From the NCBI GenBank assembly GCA_963514005.1, contig OY740792.1:16678001-16742000 (forward strand): 64,000 bases of DNA, read 5' to 3'. Made by a program: the position numbers and the translations under genes. Under the pieces are notes generated by a model. The model was not told the origin of the DNA and searched no databases. It saw nothing but the letters and a program-made list of their open reading frames with translations. Below, in pieces: positions 1-12,192 of the stretch (positions are counted from its first letter, which is position 1; every line of letters starts with the position of its first letter). This DNA comes from Raja brachyura. Lineage: Eukaryota.

Positions 1-627
1 TGACTTCTTCTTCTAACAGTCTTCTTTGTGATATACAATATTGTAAAGACATGTCTGGATCAGAATTGTATTTTTACTTGTTTCAATATACTGAGCCCTT
101 GTTCTGATTAGAAAGTTGGGCGTATATTTCAAATGTGGTTTTTCACAATTATGTTTTTGGCACCAACTCATACTTATCTTTAAATTAGAATTATATTAAG
201 GAATGCAAAGTAAATAAGATTTCATGTTATTATGGATTATGAAATACAGCAATTATCATATGTCTCAAGTGCTTTACAGTGCAGCAAAGAAAGACAGACT
301 GGATTTTACTTAAAAAAAATAATGGCTTAATGTTCAAGTGATTCGAGGCATGTCTATTGTTGGGCAGTCTTGACCCAATCAAACTTTAATATCTAGCTCA
401 CAAAGGCGTTCATTGGTTTTATTCATTATCTGCTCCCTTTTTTATCTTACTCATGGCTCCATCTCCCAATCATAATAAAACCCTCATCACTCAACTTCCC
501 CACCCACTGATCTCCTGATGTCAATAGCCCGAAAACACGAACCTCACCTCTTCGCTGTCCATCACCACATGGCCTGACCCTCTACAGACTTGCAGACTTT
601 TACGAACTACCATTCATCCATACCTGG

Positions 628-1055
628 CTTGGAGACCTTGAGTGTTGGGAGAGATTGAATAGGCAAGGTCTTTTCCCTCCAGAGTGAAGGAGACGATTAT
701 AAAAGTATGTAAAATTATGAGAGCATAGACAGGGTAAATGGACAGTGTCTGTTTCCCACTTTGGGAGTATCTAAAACTTGCGTATGTGGGTTTAAGGTGA
801 GGAGGGGAAAATGTAAAGGGCATCTGAGGGGTAAATCATTCGTAGAAAGGGTGGTTGGTATCGGGAATGAGCTGCCTGAGGTGATGATCGAGGCAGGAAC
901 TGTAAATGTATTTAGCATCTAGATTGTTACTCAAATCAGCAAAGCATAGAATGATGGTAAATTAATGCAGGCAAGTTGGATTAGTTCTGATGGGCTTCAT
1001 TATCAGCATAGATGTAGGCCGAAGGTCCTGGTGCTATTTTATATACTTATATGAC
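628..1055 (+). mobile_element. Degenerate CR1-type LINE 3' fragment
   Basis: Decayed match to the 3' end of the CR1 copies elsewhere in the window; boundaries approximate. Confidence 0.65.
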
Positions 1056-1286
1056 TCGATAACCTGGTGTTTCTTCATCACCTTTTGAACCCCAGCCTTG
1101 GTTCCAAACCATGGCAGAAGGACTACAGCTATACTGGTGTATTCTCCTACACTCTGCATTGTCACTTTCCTAATCCTACTGCAATGCACATTAGTTTGGG
1201 ACTATGAATTTGCCAGCTACTGATCCATGACCAGAATGGTCCCTGGCACACCACTGAGATTAATTAACATATCTTTGAAGACAGTT

Positions 1287-2170
1287 AAGCCCCTGTCCCA
1301 CTTGGGCAACCTCCATCGCGAGTTCTGGCGACCTTGCCCGCGACCCATAGTTGCCAAGAGGTCGTAGGAGGTCTTCATCACTCTCCTTCATGGTCGATAG
1401 TGGTCTCCGCGTAGTCGAGGCTTCAGCTAGGTCACGGCGTATTTTTGACCACGACTAAAAATAGGTCACCGTGGGAAAAATTAATACTTTTTTAGTCGTA
1501 GGCCTAGTCGAAGTCGGTCGTAGTGATGCTAGTTGTAGGTACTCGAAGGTGGTCGAAGGTAATAGCTCCGGGGTGAAAAAAAGGTCATTAGAAAAAAAAA
1601 AGGTAATTTAAACAGCGGCACGTGACCTCTGTCTCTCCAGGGCATGTTCATTCATAGCTGGAGTGTTTTTTGTAGAGGAGACTTGTGTTTTAGAGATGGC
1701 ACCAAAAAGGCAGCAGCGCAGGGGGAGGGCACAACCCTAAAAAAAAAACCTGCCATGCAGGTGTTGCCCATCCAGGAGGAGGAGTGGCAGGAGGTGATGC
1801 CACAGGAGGTGATAGTGCAGGAGGAGGTCGCCCTGCATGAGAGACCCCCTGGAGGAGGAGACCAGGGTGGTAGTATATGTCCCAACCACCACCCCATCCT
1901 TCACTGCCTCATTTGAAGGCAGCAAAGCAGCCCTTTCTCTTATGTCTGACACAGCATCAGAGGCAGATGCCCCATTGGTGGTGAGGGAGGGCTGGACGAA
2001 GGTTATGCCTGGAAAATGAGGGGTACAGGGACAGGACAAGAATGGCATGCTTGCCATCCATTGCCCCACACGTGTGCTTAAAGTTCTATCTTTTGTCAAA
2101 GCCCAGCGCCACTCTCTTCCAGTCATCTGATGTACTGGGACAGTCCATCACATCATCTACATTCACCCGT
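1287..2170 (-). mobile_element. PIF/Harbinger transposon remnant with transposase fragment
   Basis: TAA followed by TIR-like GCCCCTGTCCCACTT at ~1287. Minus strand 2160-2041 translates VDDVMDCPSTSDDWKRVALGFDKR*NFKHTCGAMDGKHAI (Harbinger/HARBI1 W-N-F-x-H..GA-x-DGKH motif, with a stop in place of W). Confidence 0.75.
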
Positions 2171-2387
2171 TGAGACCTCTTCTTGTGATTCCTCTTCACC
2201 CTTGCTCTTCCCCTTCTGCCTTTTTTCAATATTCAAGATTTAAGAGAGTTTATTGTCATGTGTCCCATATAGGAGACTTGCAACAGAATATTGCAACAGC
2301 GAGACTTGCAACAGAATCCTTGCAACAGAATATAGTAGGCATAAATAAATACAGAACAGATCAGTGTGACCATATACCATTGAATAT

Positions 2388-2676
2388 AGTGCGGAAACAA
2401 ACCCTTCGGCCCACCTAGTCCACACCGACTAGTGATCCCAGAACATGAACACTATCCTACACACATGCACACATTAGGGACAATTTACTTTTATACCACG
2501 CCAATTAACCTACAAACCTGTATGTATTTGGAGTGTGGGAGGAAACTGAAGATCTTGGAGAGAACCCAAGCAGGTTACGGGGAGAAGCTACAAACTACGT
2601 ACAGATCGCACCCGTCTTCAGGATCAAACCCAGGTGTTTAGCGCTGTAAGGCAGTGGCTCTACTGCTATGCCACCA
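2388..2676 (-). mobile_element. HE1-like tRNA-derived SINE
   Basis: Reverse strand has a tRNA-like head (GGTGGCATAGCAGTAGAG...GGGTTTGATCC) and a GGGCCGAAGGG tail; similar to copies at 11897, 39117, 45985 and 54637. Confidence 0.7.
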
Positions 2677-2776
2677 TTATCGTTGTTGGTGTTGTTATTC
2701 ATTGTGCCATTTTCAGTTCACACTACAGCATATATGTGGGCATTTTGCGGGATTACACCCGCATTATTACATGCAT

Positions 2777-4749
2777 GCATTAGCCAGAAAAAGCAGCCAA
2801 CCAGAGGACTGGGAGAAATTCAGAGTCCAGCAGAGGAGGACAAGGGGCTTAATTAGGAAAGGGAAAATAGATTATGAAAGAAAATTGGCAGGGAACATAA
2901 AAACTGACTGCAAAAGTGTTCATAGATATGTGAAGAGAAAGAGATTAGTTAAAACAAATGTAGAGCCCTTGCTGTCAGAAACAGGTGAATTGATCATGGG
3001 GAACAAGGACATGGCAGACCAATTGAATAACTACTTTGGTTCTGTCTTCACTAAGGAAGACATAAATAATCTGCCGGAAATAGCAGGGGACCGGGGGTCA
3101 AATAAGGTGGAGGAACTGAGTGAAATCCAGGTAAGCCGGGAAGTGGTGTTGGGTAAATTGAATGGATTAAAGGCCGATAAATCCCCAGGGCCAGATAGTC
3201 TGCCTCCCAGAGTACTCAAGGAAGTAGCCACAGAAATAGTGGATGCATTAGTGATAATTTTTCAAAACTCTTTAGATTCTGGAGTAGTTCCTGAGGATTG
3301 GAGTGTAGCTAATATAACCCCACTTTTAAAAAAGGGAGGGAGAGAGAAAACGGGGAATTACAGACCAGTTAGTCTAACATCGGCAGTGGGGAAACTGCTA
3401 GAGTCAGTTATTAAAGATGGGATAGCAGTAAATTTGGAAAGTGGTGAAATCATTAGACAAAGTCAGCATGGATTTACGAAAGGTAAATCATGTCTGACAA
3501 ATCTTATAGAATTTTTCGAGGATGTAACTAGCAGAGTGGATAAGGGAGAACCAGTGGATGTGTTATATCTAGACTTTCAGAAGGCTTTGGACAAGGTCCC
3601 ACATAAGAGATTAGTACACAAACTTAAAGCACACGGTATTGGGGGTTCAGTATTGATGTGGATAGAGAACTGGCTGGCAGACAGGAAGCAAAGGGTAGGA
3701 GTAAACGGGTCCTTTTCAGAATGGCAGGCAGTGACTAGTGGGGTACCACAAGGCTCAGTGCTGGGACCCCAGCTATTTACAATATATATTAATGATTTGG
3801 ACGAGGGAATTGAATGCAACATCTCCAAGTTGGTGGATGACACTAAGCTGGGGGGTAGTGTTAGGTGTGAGGTGGATGCTAGGAGGCTGCAAGGTGACTT
3901 GGATAGGCTGGGTGAGTGGGAAAATGCATGGCAGATGCAGTATAATGTGGATAAATGTGAGGTTATCCACTTTGGTGGCAAAAACAGGAGGGTAGACTAT
4001 TATCTGAATGGTGGCAAATTAGCAAAAGGGGAGATGCAACGAGACCTGGGTGTCATGGTACACCAATCATTGAAAGTAGGCATGCAGGTGCAGCAGGCAG
4101 TGAAGAAAGCAAATGGTATGTTCGCATTCATAGCGAAAGGATTTGAGTATAGGAGCAGGGAGGTTCTACTGCAGTTGTACAGGGTTTTGGTGAGACCACA
4201 CCTGGAGTATTGCGTACAGTTTTGGTCTCCAAATCTGAGAAAATATATTCTTGCCATAGAGGGGGTACAGAGAAGGTTCACCAGACTGATTCCTGGGATG
4301 TCAGGACTTTCATATGAGGAAAGACTGAATAGACTTGGCTTATACTCGCTAGAATTTAGAAGACTGAGGGGGGATCTTATAGAAACGTACAAAATTCTTA
4401 AAGGGTTGGAAAGATGCAGGAAGATTGTTCCCGATGTTGGGGAGGTCCAGAACAAGGGGTCACAGTCTAAGGATAAGGGGGATTTCCTTTAGGACCGAGA
4501 TGAGGAAAACGTTTTTCACACAGAGAGTGGTGAGTCTCTGGAATTCTCTGCCACAGAAGGTAGTTGAGGCCAGTTCATTGGCTATATTTAAGAGGGAATT
4601 AGATGTGGCCCTTGTGGCTAAAGGGATCAGGGGGTATGGAGAGAAGGCAGGTACAGGATACTGAGTTGGATGATCAGCCATGATCATATTGAATGGTGGT
4701 GCAGGCTCGAAGGGCCGAATGGCCTACTCCTGCACCTATTTTCTATGTA
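2777..4749 (+). mobile_element. 5'-truncated CR1 LINE, ORF2 reverse transcriptase region (pseudogenised)
   Basis: ORF 2654-4492 carries KSPGPD, NYRPVSLTS, QHGF, GVPQGSVLGP and RPHLEYC. The catalytic FADD reads LVDD; frameshift near 4410; TTCTATGT tail. Confidence 0.95.
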
Positions 4750-5493
4750 CCTTTCACAGATGACCTGACTAAGACGTCTCCCATATTTTCAATTTGTTAA
4801 AAAACATTAAAACTTTAATAAATATGACATTCAATTTAAAGAATTAATGTGCACATGACCGATGAGTTCCTTTTCCATATATTAAGCAGTCCCATTTGTT
4901 CATTAAATATTGCTTCAAACGAGGAGTTTCCTCCCTACTGTAGTGATTTTGCGGTAGGTAGGCATGGAGCCAAAGATTACTGTTTCCAAGATGTGATAAC
5001 AGCAGCACACACTTGCAATGTGCTTAAGTAGGAACAAAATGTAGAGCCCTCTCCGCTCCCCTCCCCCCCCCCCCCCCCCCCCCCCCCCCGCCCCCAAATA
5101 CTCTTGACCATACATGCCTCCCTTTCTGTCCTCTTCTATCTATAAAACAATTTGTAATTCTGCCATTTATTACAAGACATAGATTTAAATCTTAGCAACA
5201 TTACTGGAACATTTTATAGCACTCACATTTTGAACCTAATTCAAACTTATAAATTGATACCAATACTGGAACTGACACAGCTGGCACATGTAATTTCATT
5301 TCGGAATCACGTGAGTGACTTCGTGAAGAACCCGCCAGCACGCATGCGCGACATATCGTCGCAACGCGTTGCTGCCGACGGCTGGCGGTGGAGCGCGCTC
5401 CCGCCAGCCCTTCATAAGGGACCGCTAAGGTAAGTGACACTAACCTTAAGTTGGTTGGTCCTTGTTGAAAGTATTTTTTCTTTCAGCAGGGGC

Positions 5494-7257
5494 ATGGAAG
5501 GGAGTAGCAGAGGCCGTAAGACGTCCGTCCGGAGTCGCCGGCCACCTGTCCCGGAGCCCTCATCATCGGCTGCACCTGTGAGACAGGCCGGGAAGAAGGC
5601 GGGGAAGTCGGTGAGCCCTGTCGCTACAGGGCCCGACCCGCCGATACACCGCAGCTCCGGTGAGGAATTCGAGGAGCAGGACTGCGGTGTGCCATCGGAG
5701 CAGGTAGACCCTGCCTCCGTATCGAGGTCGCCAACGGGCTCGTTGGCCGACCTGGGCAAGGGCTCGCGTGCGGCTGCACAGCCCTTCTCCCTGAGCCCTC
5801 AGAGTAGAGGGAGGGATGGAGCCCGTAAGCCTCACCCTTTAGGGGCAAAGGCGTCACCTGCCGCTAAAATGCGGACAGGTGTTATGGCGGGACTCAAGTC
5901 CACTGGGAGACCTATCAGGACCAGTGTTGACTCCCCAACCATCGATACCGGGAAGAGTCACTTGGGAGGAGTCCCGCCACGGTCACCGAGTCCCCCGTGG
6001 ATGGGAGGACGGGACCGTCCGTCGGCTAGGTCCACGATGTGGGCAGCCGGCAAGCCCGCGCGGGCGTCGGGTCACCGTGCTGAGGCATTGGGTGCCGACT
6101 CTCCACCGCGTTTGCCCTCCGAGGCAGCGGGATCAGGCTCCGCCAAAAGGAGGCGTTTGAGCGCACCTCCCGCGCGGGAATCGCTCAGCTTTGCTGCGGC
6201 GGCTGGAAGCGACAATTTCCGGCACCGGGTTCACCTCGACGAGGTGCGGGCCGATGAACGGAGCCTCAGCAGTGCACCAGAACATGAGGACTCCGACCGC
6301 CCGAGTGTACAGGGCGAAGGGCGTATTGACCGGATGGAGCGGATGTTGGAGCTCCTCTTGCAGAACCAACGGCAGGATGCATCCAGCTCCAGACGGCACA
6401 GGGAGGTTTCGCCATTCTCAACAGGCAGCCTTAGGCAGCCAGAGGAGGAGGATTTGTTATACCATACACCAACTCCATCGGAGGTGCCGCAGGAAGAACT
6501 CCTCGACGTGGCGGCAAAATTTGCTTCTTCGGAGACATCGGGACTACCCCTCAACCCCAAACTTGCTGCCACCGTGGACTTCCTAACTAATCATCAGCTC
6601 CAGGAGGAAGTTCTATCGCAGGCCATCAACAGGCATAAAGCCCCAACCAACTGCAACTCCCTCAACGTGCCCATGGTCAATACGCCGATCTGGGGCAACA
6701 TTGGCACAGTCATCAGGACTCAGGAGATAAAGCTCCAGCGCATCCTGAAGCTGCTTACTGCTGGGATCACCGCGTTCGCGCGGTCGGTGGACGGAGAGGA
6801 CCTAAGCTTGGACCAGGAGGATGCTCTCGCTCTGCTGTGTGCTACTCAGCATGAAATAAATGCCTTCCGGAAGAGTGTCATCCGCCCCACGCTCAACCCA
6901 AAATTCATGGTGTTGTGTAAGGCGCCTCCTACACCACCGCCCAGACAGATGTTCGGGGAAGACCTCCCGAAGAGGGTCAAGGAGCTGGACGAACACGTCA
7001 AAACGGTGGGACTGATGCGGTCTCAGATCGCGCCCAGGCAGGCGGCCAAGAAAGCGCCGTTTTACAGGCCACGAGGCCCTGCCACCAGACCGGCACGTAC
7101 TTACACTCCAGCTCCGCCTCAATACCAGCAGCCCCAGCAGCCGCGGCCTTTTTTAGGGCAAGGCCCGCAGCGGCCTCCGTGGAAGATGCGGACGCCGCAG
7201 CACCAGCCCAACCCAGCACCTCCACGTCCCGCCAAACATGTCAAGGGCCGCCGGTAA
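5494..7257 (+). CDS. DIRS ORF1 gag-like protein
   Basis: Open 587-codon frame from ATG 5494: low-complexity N-terminus, central P.NC..L.VP.VN..IW motif, basic Pro/Gln-rich tail. Confidence 0.85.
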   Translation: MEGSSRGRKTSVRSRRPPVPEPSSSAAPVRQAGKKAGKSVSPVATGPDPPIHRSSGEEFEEQDCGVPSEQVDPASVSRSPTGSLADLGKGSRAAAQPFSLSPQSRGRDGARKPHPLGAKASPAAKMRTGVMAGLKSTGRPIRTSVDSPTIDTGKSHLGGVPPRSPSPPWMGGRDRPSARSTMWAAGKPARASGHRAEALGADSPPRLPSEAAGSGSAKRRRLSAPPARESLSFAAAAGSDNFRHRVHLDEVRADERSLSSAPEHEDSDRPSVQGEGRIDRMERMLELLLQNQRQDASSSRRHREVSPFSTGSLRQPEEEDLLYHTPTPSEVPQEELLDVAAKFASSETSGLPLNPKLAATVDFLTNHQLQEEVLSQAINRHKAPTNCNSLNVPMVNTPIWGNIGTVIRTQEIKLQRILKLLTAGITAFARSVDGEDLSLDQEDALALLCATQHEINAFRKSVIRPTLNPKFMVLCKAPPTPPPRQMFGEDLPKRVKELDEHVKTVGLMRSQIAPRQAAKKAPFYRPRGPATRPARTYTPAPPQYQQPQQPRPFLGQGPQRPPWKMRTPQHQPNPAPPRPAKHVKGRR

Positions 7258-7259
7258 CC

Positions 7260-9189
7260 ATGGAGGTAAGGCGGTCTGGTTTTCATGCACCTGGGTGCTT
7301 AACTTCACATGTTGGTGGGCGACTACGGTTCTTCACGGGGGCATGGGAAACTATCACTTCAGATGAGTTTGTCTTACAAAGTATTCAGGGCCATGAGATT
7401 GAATTCATTAATGGTAACATCCCTCCATCCCAGCATATGCCCGATCGGAAATTTACGCTGTCTAGCATTGAAAAGGCAGCAGGCTATGCTGAGATCTTAA
7501 GGTTACAAGAAAAAGGAGTGATAGAAAAAACTATACACGAACCAATTGAATTCGTATCCAACATATTCACCAGGCCCAAGAAGGATGGAGGATGTCGGGT
7601 TATTATTGATCTGACCCATTTGAATACCTTTGTAACATATACCCATTTCAAAATGGACACGTTCGAAACAGCCAAGTCATTGATTTCTCATGGCTGCTTT
7701 ATGGCATGCATTGATTTAAAAGATGCGTACTATTCTGTATCCATTCGGAAACACCATAGGAAGTTCTTAAAATTCATCTGGATGGATCAGCTATGGCAAT
7801 ACAGGGCTTTGCCAAATGGGCTTACCACAGCCCCTAGATTATTTACTAAATTACTCAAACCTATTCTGGCCACGCTACGGAAACAACATCATATAGTGAT
7901 GGCCTATTTGGATGATATCTTGATTGTTGGCAACACCCTGGAAGCAGCTGAACTGGCAGTTTCAGCCACTGTGGCAATTTTTCAGCAAATGGGGTTCATT
8001 ATCCATCCAGATAAATCAAAGTTCTGCCCTTCACAGGTCATGGATTATCTGGGGTTCACGGTGGATTCCAATCGCATGAGGGCCACCATACCAGCTAACG
8101 AAGTTGGGGATGTCACCCAAGTATGTGAGGATTTGGTCTGGGCCAGTATACCATCAATTAGACAAACTGCTAAGGTGCTTGGCAAGATAGGAGCACTTTT
8201 TCCAGCGGCTCGATACGGGCCTTTGCATTATCAAAATTTGCAAAGAGCCAAGATCTCAGCATTAAAACAAAACGCTGGACATTTTGACAGACCAATGCAG
8301 CTGTCTCTTAAAGCTAAGATTGAGTTACAATGGTGGGTAGACAATATTAGTAACTCATTTAAACCCATCATTGTGCCCAATCCGATGGTATATACTTACA
8401 AACCGATGCAAGCTCCCATGGCTGGGGAGCTACGGACAACTATTCTAGTTGCGGGGGCAGATGGGACAACCTTGAATCTACTCTGTTATTGACACAAGGG
8501 ATAAACTATTTGGAGTTGCTTGGTGCATTTCACGGACTTCGAGCTTATTGTTCTAATCTTACTGACGCTCATGTCCGTCTCCAAATAGACAATACCACTG
8601 TGGTGGCATATTTAAACCATATGGGCGGTACCAGGTCAATTTCATGTGATGAATTGGCGAATACAATTTGGCTCTGGTGTATTCAACGGAATATTTGGAT
8701 TTCAGCTACCTATTCACCAGGTGAGCTCAATACTGTGGTGGACACCAGGTCACGCAAGTTCAATGACAACATCGAGTGGATGTTGCATCCTCAAATCTTC
8801 ACTAAAGTTACAGCCAAATTTGGTAAACCGGATATCAACCTCTTTGCGTCGTGGTTGAACCATCAGGTACCAACATACGTTTCGTGGGAACCAGTCCTGG
8901 GGCAATGGCGATGGATGCATTCTCGCTGGACTGGGGGAAATGGTTCTTCTATGCATTTCCTCCATTTTGCCTCATCAGTCGGGTATTGCAGAAAATCCAG
9001 ATGGATGCTGCCAAGGGCATTCTTATCATACCCGACTGGCCTACGCAGCCATGGTATCCGGTGGTCTTTGAGATGATCAGTCAACCTTGGGTCCTCTTAG
9101 AGGGTTGCCCACAATTGGTCACTAACCCTGTGTCAGGGGAACCACATCCCTGCCACAGCTATCTAAACTTGTTGGCTTGCAGGTTCTGA
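7260..9189 (+). pseudogene. DIRS pol (RT, RNase H, adenine-methyltransferase-like domain), two frameshifts
   Basis: IDLKDAYYSV, LPNGL, YLDD; LQTDASSHGWG and INYLEL in a shifted frame after ~8390; DAFSLDW..FYAFPPF and PDWPTQPWYP after a second shift at ~8895. Confidence 0.92.
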
Positions 9190-10166
9190 ACAGGCCATTA
9201 CTGCGGTATGGCCTATCACCCAGAACAATGGATACCATCGGAGCGTCATGCCAGGAGTCCACCAGGCGGCAATACCTCTCCCACATCCGGAAATGGGAAA
9301 CCTACTGCGGCCGCTCCCAAATTACATATGACGCTGCAACCATAGCCGACGTATTGGAATTCCTGGCGGGGTTGCACCATGGTGAACACTTGAGCTACAG
9401 TGCCATCAACAGCGCCAGAAGCGCGCTGTCATTCTACCTCAATATTGAGGTAGGATCCAACAGGCTGGTGTCCAGGCTCATGCGGGGAATATTCAATTCG
9501 AATCCGCCCAGACCACGCTATAATATCACCTGGGATATCGGGAAAGTACTAACCCTGCTCAGGACGTGGTCGCCCATGGAGGGGCTAGAGCTGGACAAAC
9601 TCACCATGAAGCTGGTGATGTTACTAGCACTGACTTCAGCGCAGAGGGTACAGACACTCCATAAAATCCGGATCGACAGGATGATCTCTACCCCTGCAGA
9701 AGTAGTCTTCTTTATAGATGAGCTACTCAAGCAGCATAGACCTGGGTTCACAGGGCTGCAGCTGAAGTTCCCGGCATACCCCGCAGATGCAAGGCTATGT
9801 TTAGCTGCCCGTATCCGTCACTATGTCAAAGTGACGAGAAACCTAAGGGGAATGGAGAAATACCTGCTTGTCACTCACAAGAAACCTCACCATCGAGTGA
9901 CAGTCCAGACGATATCCAGGTGGCTCAGGATCGTCTTGGGTAAGTCAGGTATCGACACTAATGTCTTCAAATCCCATTCCACCAGGGCTGCATCAACGTC
10001 GGCGGTGAGGGTCATGGAGGTGCCCATGGACCATATTCTCGCCACAGCAGGATGGGCGAATGAAGCCATCTTTCAGCGGTTTTATAACAAGCCTGTTGCC
10101 GCTCCTCTACAGTTCGCGGAGGCCGTGCTGAATGCAGATCAAGAACGTAGAGATGTCCCCGAATGA
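9183..10166 (+). CDS. DIRS tyrosine recombinase
   Basis: Open frame with SAQRVQTL, HSTR, GW and FQRFY motifs; true start uncertain (see findings). Confidence 0.92.
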   Translation, partial: VLNRPLLRYGLSPRTMDTIGASCQESTRRQYLSHIRKWETYCGRSQITYDAATIADVLEFLAGLHHGEHLSYSAINSARSALSFYLNIEVGSNRLVSRLMRGIFNSNPPRPRYNITWDIGKVLTLLRTWSPMEGLELDKLTMKLVMLLALTSAQRVQTLHKIRIDRMISTPAEVVFFIDELLKQHRPGFTGLQLKFPAYPADARLCLAARIRHYVKVTRNLRGMEKYLLVTHKKPHHRVTVQTISRWLRIVLGKSGIDTNVFKSHSTRAASTSAVRVMEVPMDHILATAGWANEAIFQRFYNKPVAAPLQFAEAVLNADQERRDVPE

Positions 10167-10312
10167 GGGGTTTTTGTTTTGATTGTTAATAAATATTATT
10201 CTTGTTTTTCAGTACAAGCAGTCTGGAAAGTTGTTTACTCCCATCCATCCTTAAACAGTGGTGTGTCAGCATGGACGTGGTCCAGGGCGTGAAATCACAG
10301 AGCTTTGAAGTC

Positions 10313-10423
10313 TTCACGAAGTCACTCACGTGACTCCGAAATGAAATAGTAAGATTAAACGAGAACTTACCAGTTCGAAGGTTGATCTTTATTTTATGAG
10401 GAGTTGCGATGAGGGATTTCGTG
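10313..10423. repeat. DIRS internal complementary region (ICR)
   Basis: 10313-10347 is the reverse complement of the left end 5293-5328 (1 mismatch); 10347-10423 is the reverse complement of the right end 10567-10643 (1 mismatch). Confidence 0.95.
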
Positions 10424-11632
10424 CCCTCCGCTCCCAACCCTCGATCATAATCAACTGGTAATTAGAGTCTCTTCAATCTTACTATGCCAAGTCATTTCTC
10501 TGTGTTGTTCTGTGATTCCACACCGCTACTTTGAAGAATGTCGCGCATGCGTGCTGGCGGGTTCTTCACGAAATCCCTCATCGCAACTCCTCATAAAATA
10601 AAGATCAACCTTCGAACTGGTAAGTTCTCATTTAATCTTACTAGTTTATATCATTGCAGGAGTTAAGAATTTAAATCTTTCTTCCATTTATGCAGACCCT
10701 TTAAAAGTCAAAACAGCTCACAGACACTTAGCATTATTGACTAATGCAGTAACAATTGCACTGACAGGGAGTAGTTTTTATGGTGTCAATGAACAAAAAA
10801 GCTTCAAGATTAAGAATTGTGTAAAATGAATAATGCAATCTGATGGATATAGACAAAAGCCAATGAACTCCATGGTAATGGAATTTAACTGAGATATGAA
10901 AGTGCAAAAGAACTAAAAGTGCCAAAACTCACAAGTTGTCATTGAAATTAAGTTTAAAAAGTTGCATTTTGTTTTTAAATCTCTAAAAGTTAACATAAAT
11001 ATTGAGCGTGCATTGATATCTTTGCATACAGTAGCAGATTCAGTTGTGTTTCTAGTCATTGCTAAGGAAGCTGATGGAAAGGGACTTGACATTAGTACTG
11101 CTACATATCAAAGGTACACATCCCTGATGTGCCATAAAGGTGCCATGAGTATTGAGAGTAATCTAGCTACACATTCAAAAATTGATTCATAGAGACATGC
11201 AGCATTGATGCAGGCCCTTCAGTCCAAATCGGTCATGCCAACCAAGTTGACTCTAATGTTTTACACTATTTACATTTGGCCGTATTTGGCCCATATCCCT
11301 CTAAATCATTCCTATCCATGTATAAATGTCCTTCTCTGTCCAAATATATTTTCAATGTTTTACTTGCAACTCTACCACCTTCTCTGGCAACTTGTTCCAT
11401 CACCCTCTGTATGAAAGATTTGTCCATCAAGTCCCTTTTAAATCTTTCCCCCCCACCTTATATTCCTCCACAATAACACTGGAGCAGGACCCTAATAAAT
11501 ATTTATTGAAGCCCTGAGTGCACTCCACTGTACCATTGCACACATGTCAGAAAATAGCTGCCCTCCACCCAATTCTTCCACTAACTTATATGGACAGGTG
11601 TAGCATCTCCTCCTCCAATTCCCCATGCTGTT

Positions 11633-11732
11633 AGTCTGAAGAAGGATTTTGACGCGAAACGTTACCTATTCCTTTTCTCCAGAGATGCTGTCTGTTCCGC
11701 TGAGTTATTCCAGCTTTTTGTGTCTATCTTCA
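11633..11732 (+). mobile_element. Penelope-derived short repeat with hammerhead-like core
   Basis: CTGAAGAAGG...CGAAACGTT followed by GATGCTG...GCTGAGTTATTCCAGC, shared with many copies in the window. Confidence 0.6.
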
Positions 11733-11896
11733 GAGATTTCTTTAGATTTTATTTGCTACTGACCATAAAATATAAATTTTATTCAAAGACCATTAATCAA
11801 ATGAAATTAAGACTTATCTCCATACATCAAAATGGTTTTATCTCCATGGAAAACAACTTTGTGGAAATGGGTCTATTTTTCTGCTAGATATATTTC

Positions 11897-12192
11897 AGTT
11901 TAGTTTTAAGATAGAGCATGGAAACAGGCCCTTTGGTCCACCGAGTCGGCGCCGACCATCAATCACCTGTACACTAGTTCCATCTTACACACTAGGGATA
12001 ATTTACAGAAGCCAATTAACTTACAATCCTGCACATCTTTGGAATGAGAAAGGAAACAGGAGCACGCAGAGAAAACCCACGTGGTCCAGGGAGAATGTAT
12101 AAACTCCAAATAGACAGCACCCATTGTCAGGATCAAACCCATAGCTCTGGTGCTGCAAGGCAGCAACTCTACCATTGGACCATTGAGCCGCC
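11897..12192 (-). mobile_element. HE1-like SINE
   Basis: tRNA-like head, conserved body, GGGCCTGTTTCC tail and (AACTA)-type end on the reverse strand. Confidence 0.75.

Larger units (their letters stand above)
5294..10647 (+). mobile_element. Full-length DIRS1-type tyrosine-recombinase retrotransposon
   Basis: gag, RT/RNaseH/MT and YR ORFs. Inverted terminal repeats 5320-5354 / 10538-10572. Internal complementary region 10313-10423 is complementary to both termini. TTT at the ends, no TSD. Confidence 0.95.

Noticed and set aside
2654-4492. 612-aa ORF as an active or domesticated reverse transcriptase
   Set aside because: No endonuclease domain, FADD altered to LVDD, C-terminal frameshift, and the N-terminus comes from flanking SINE and unique DNA
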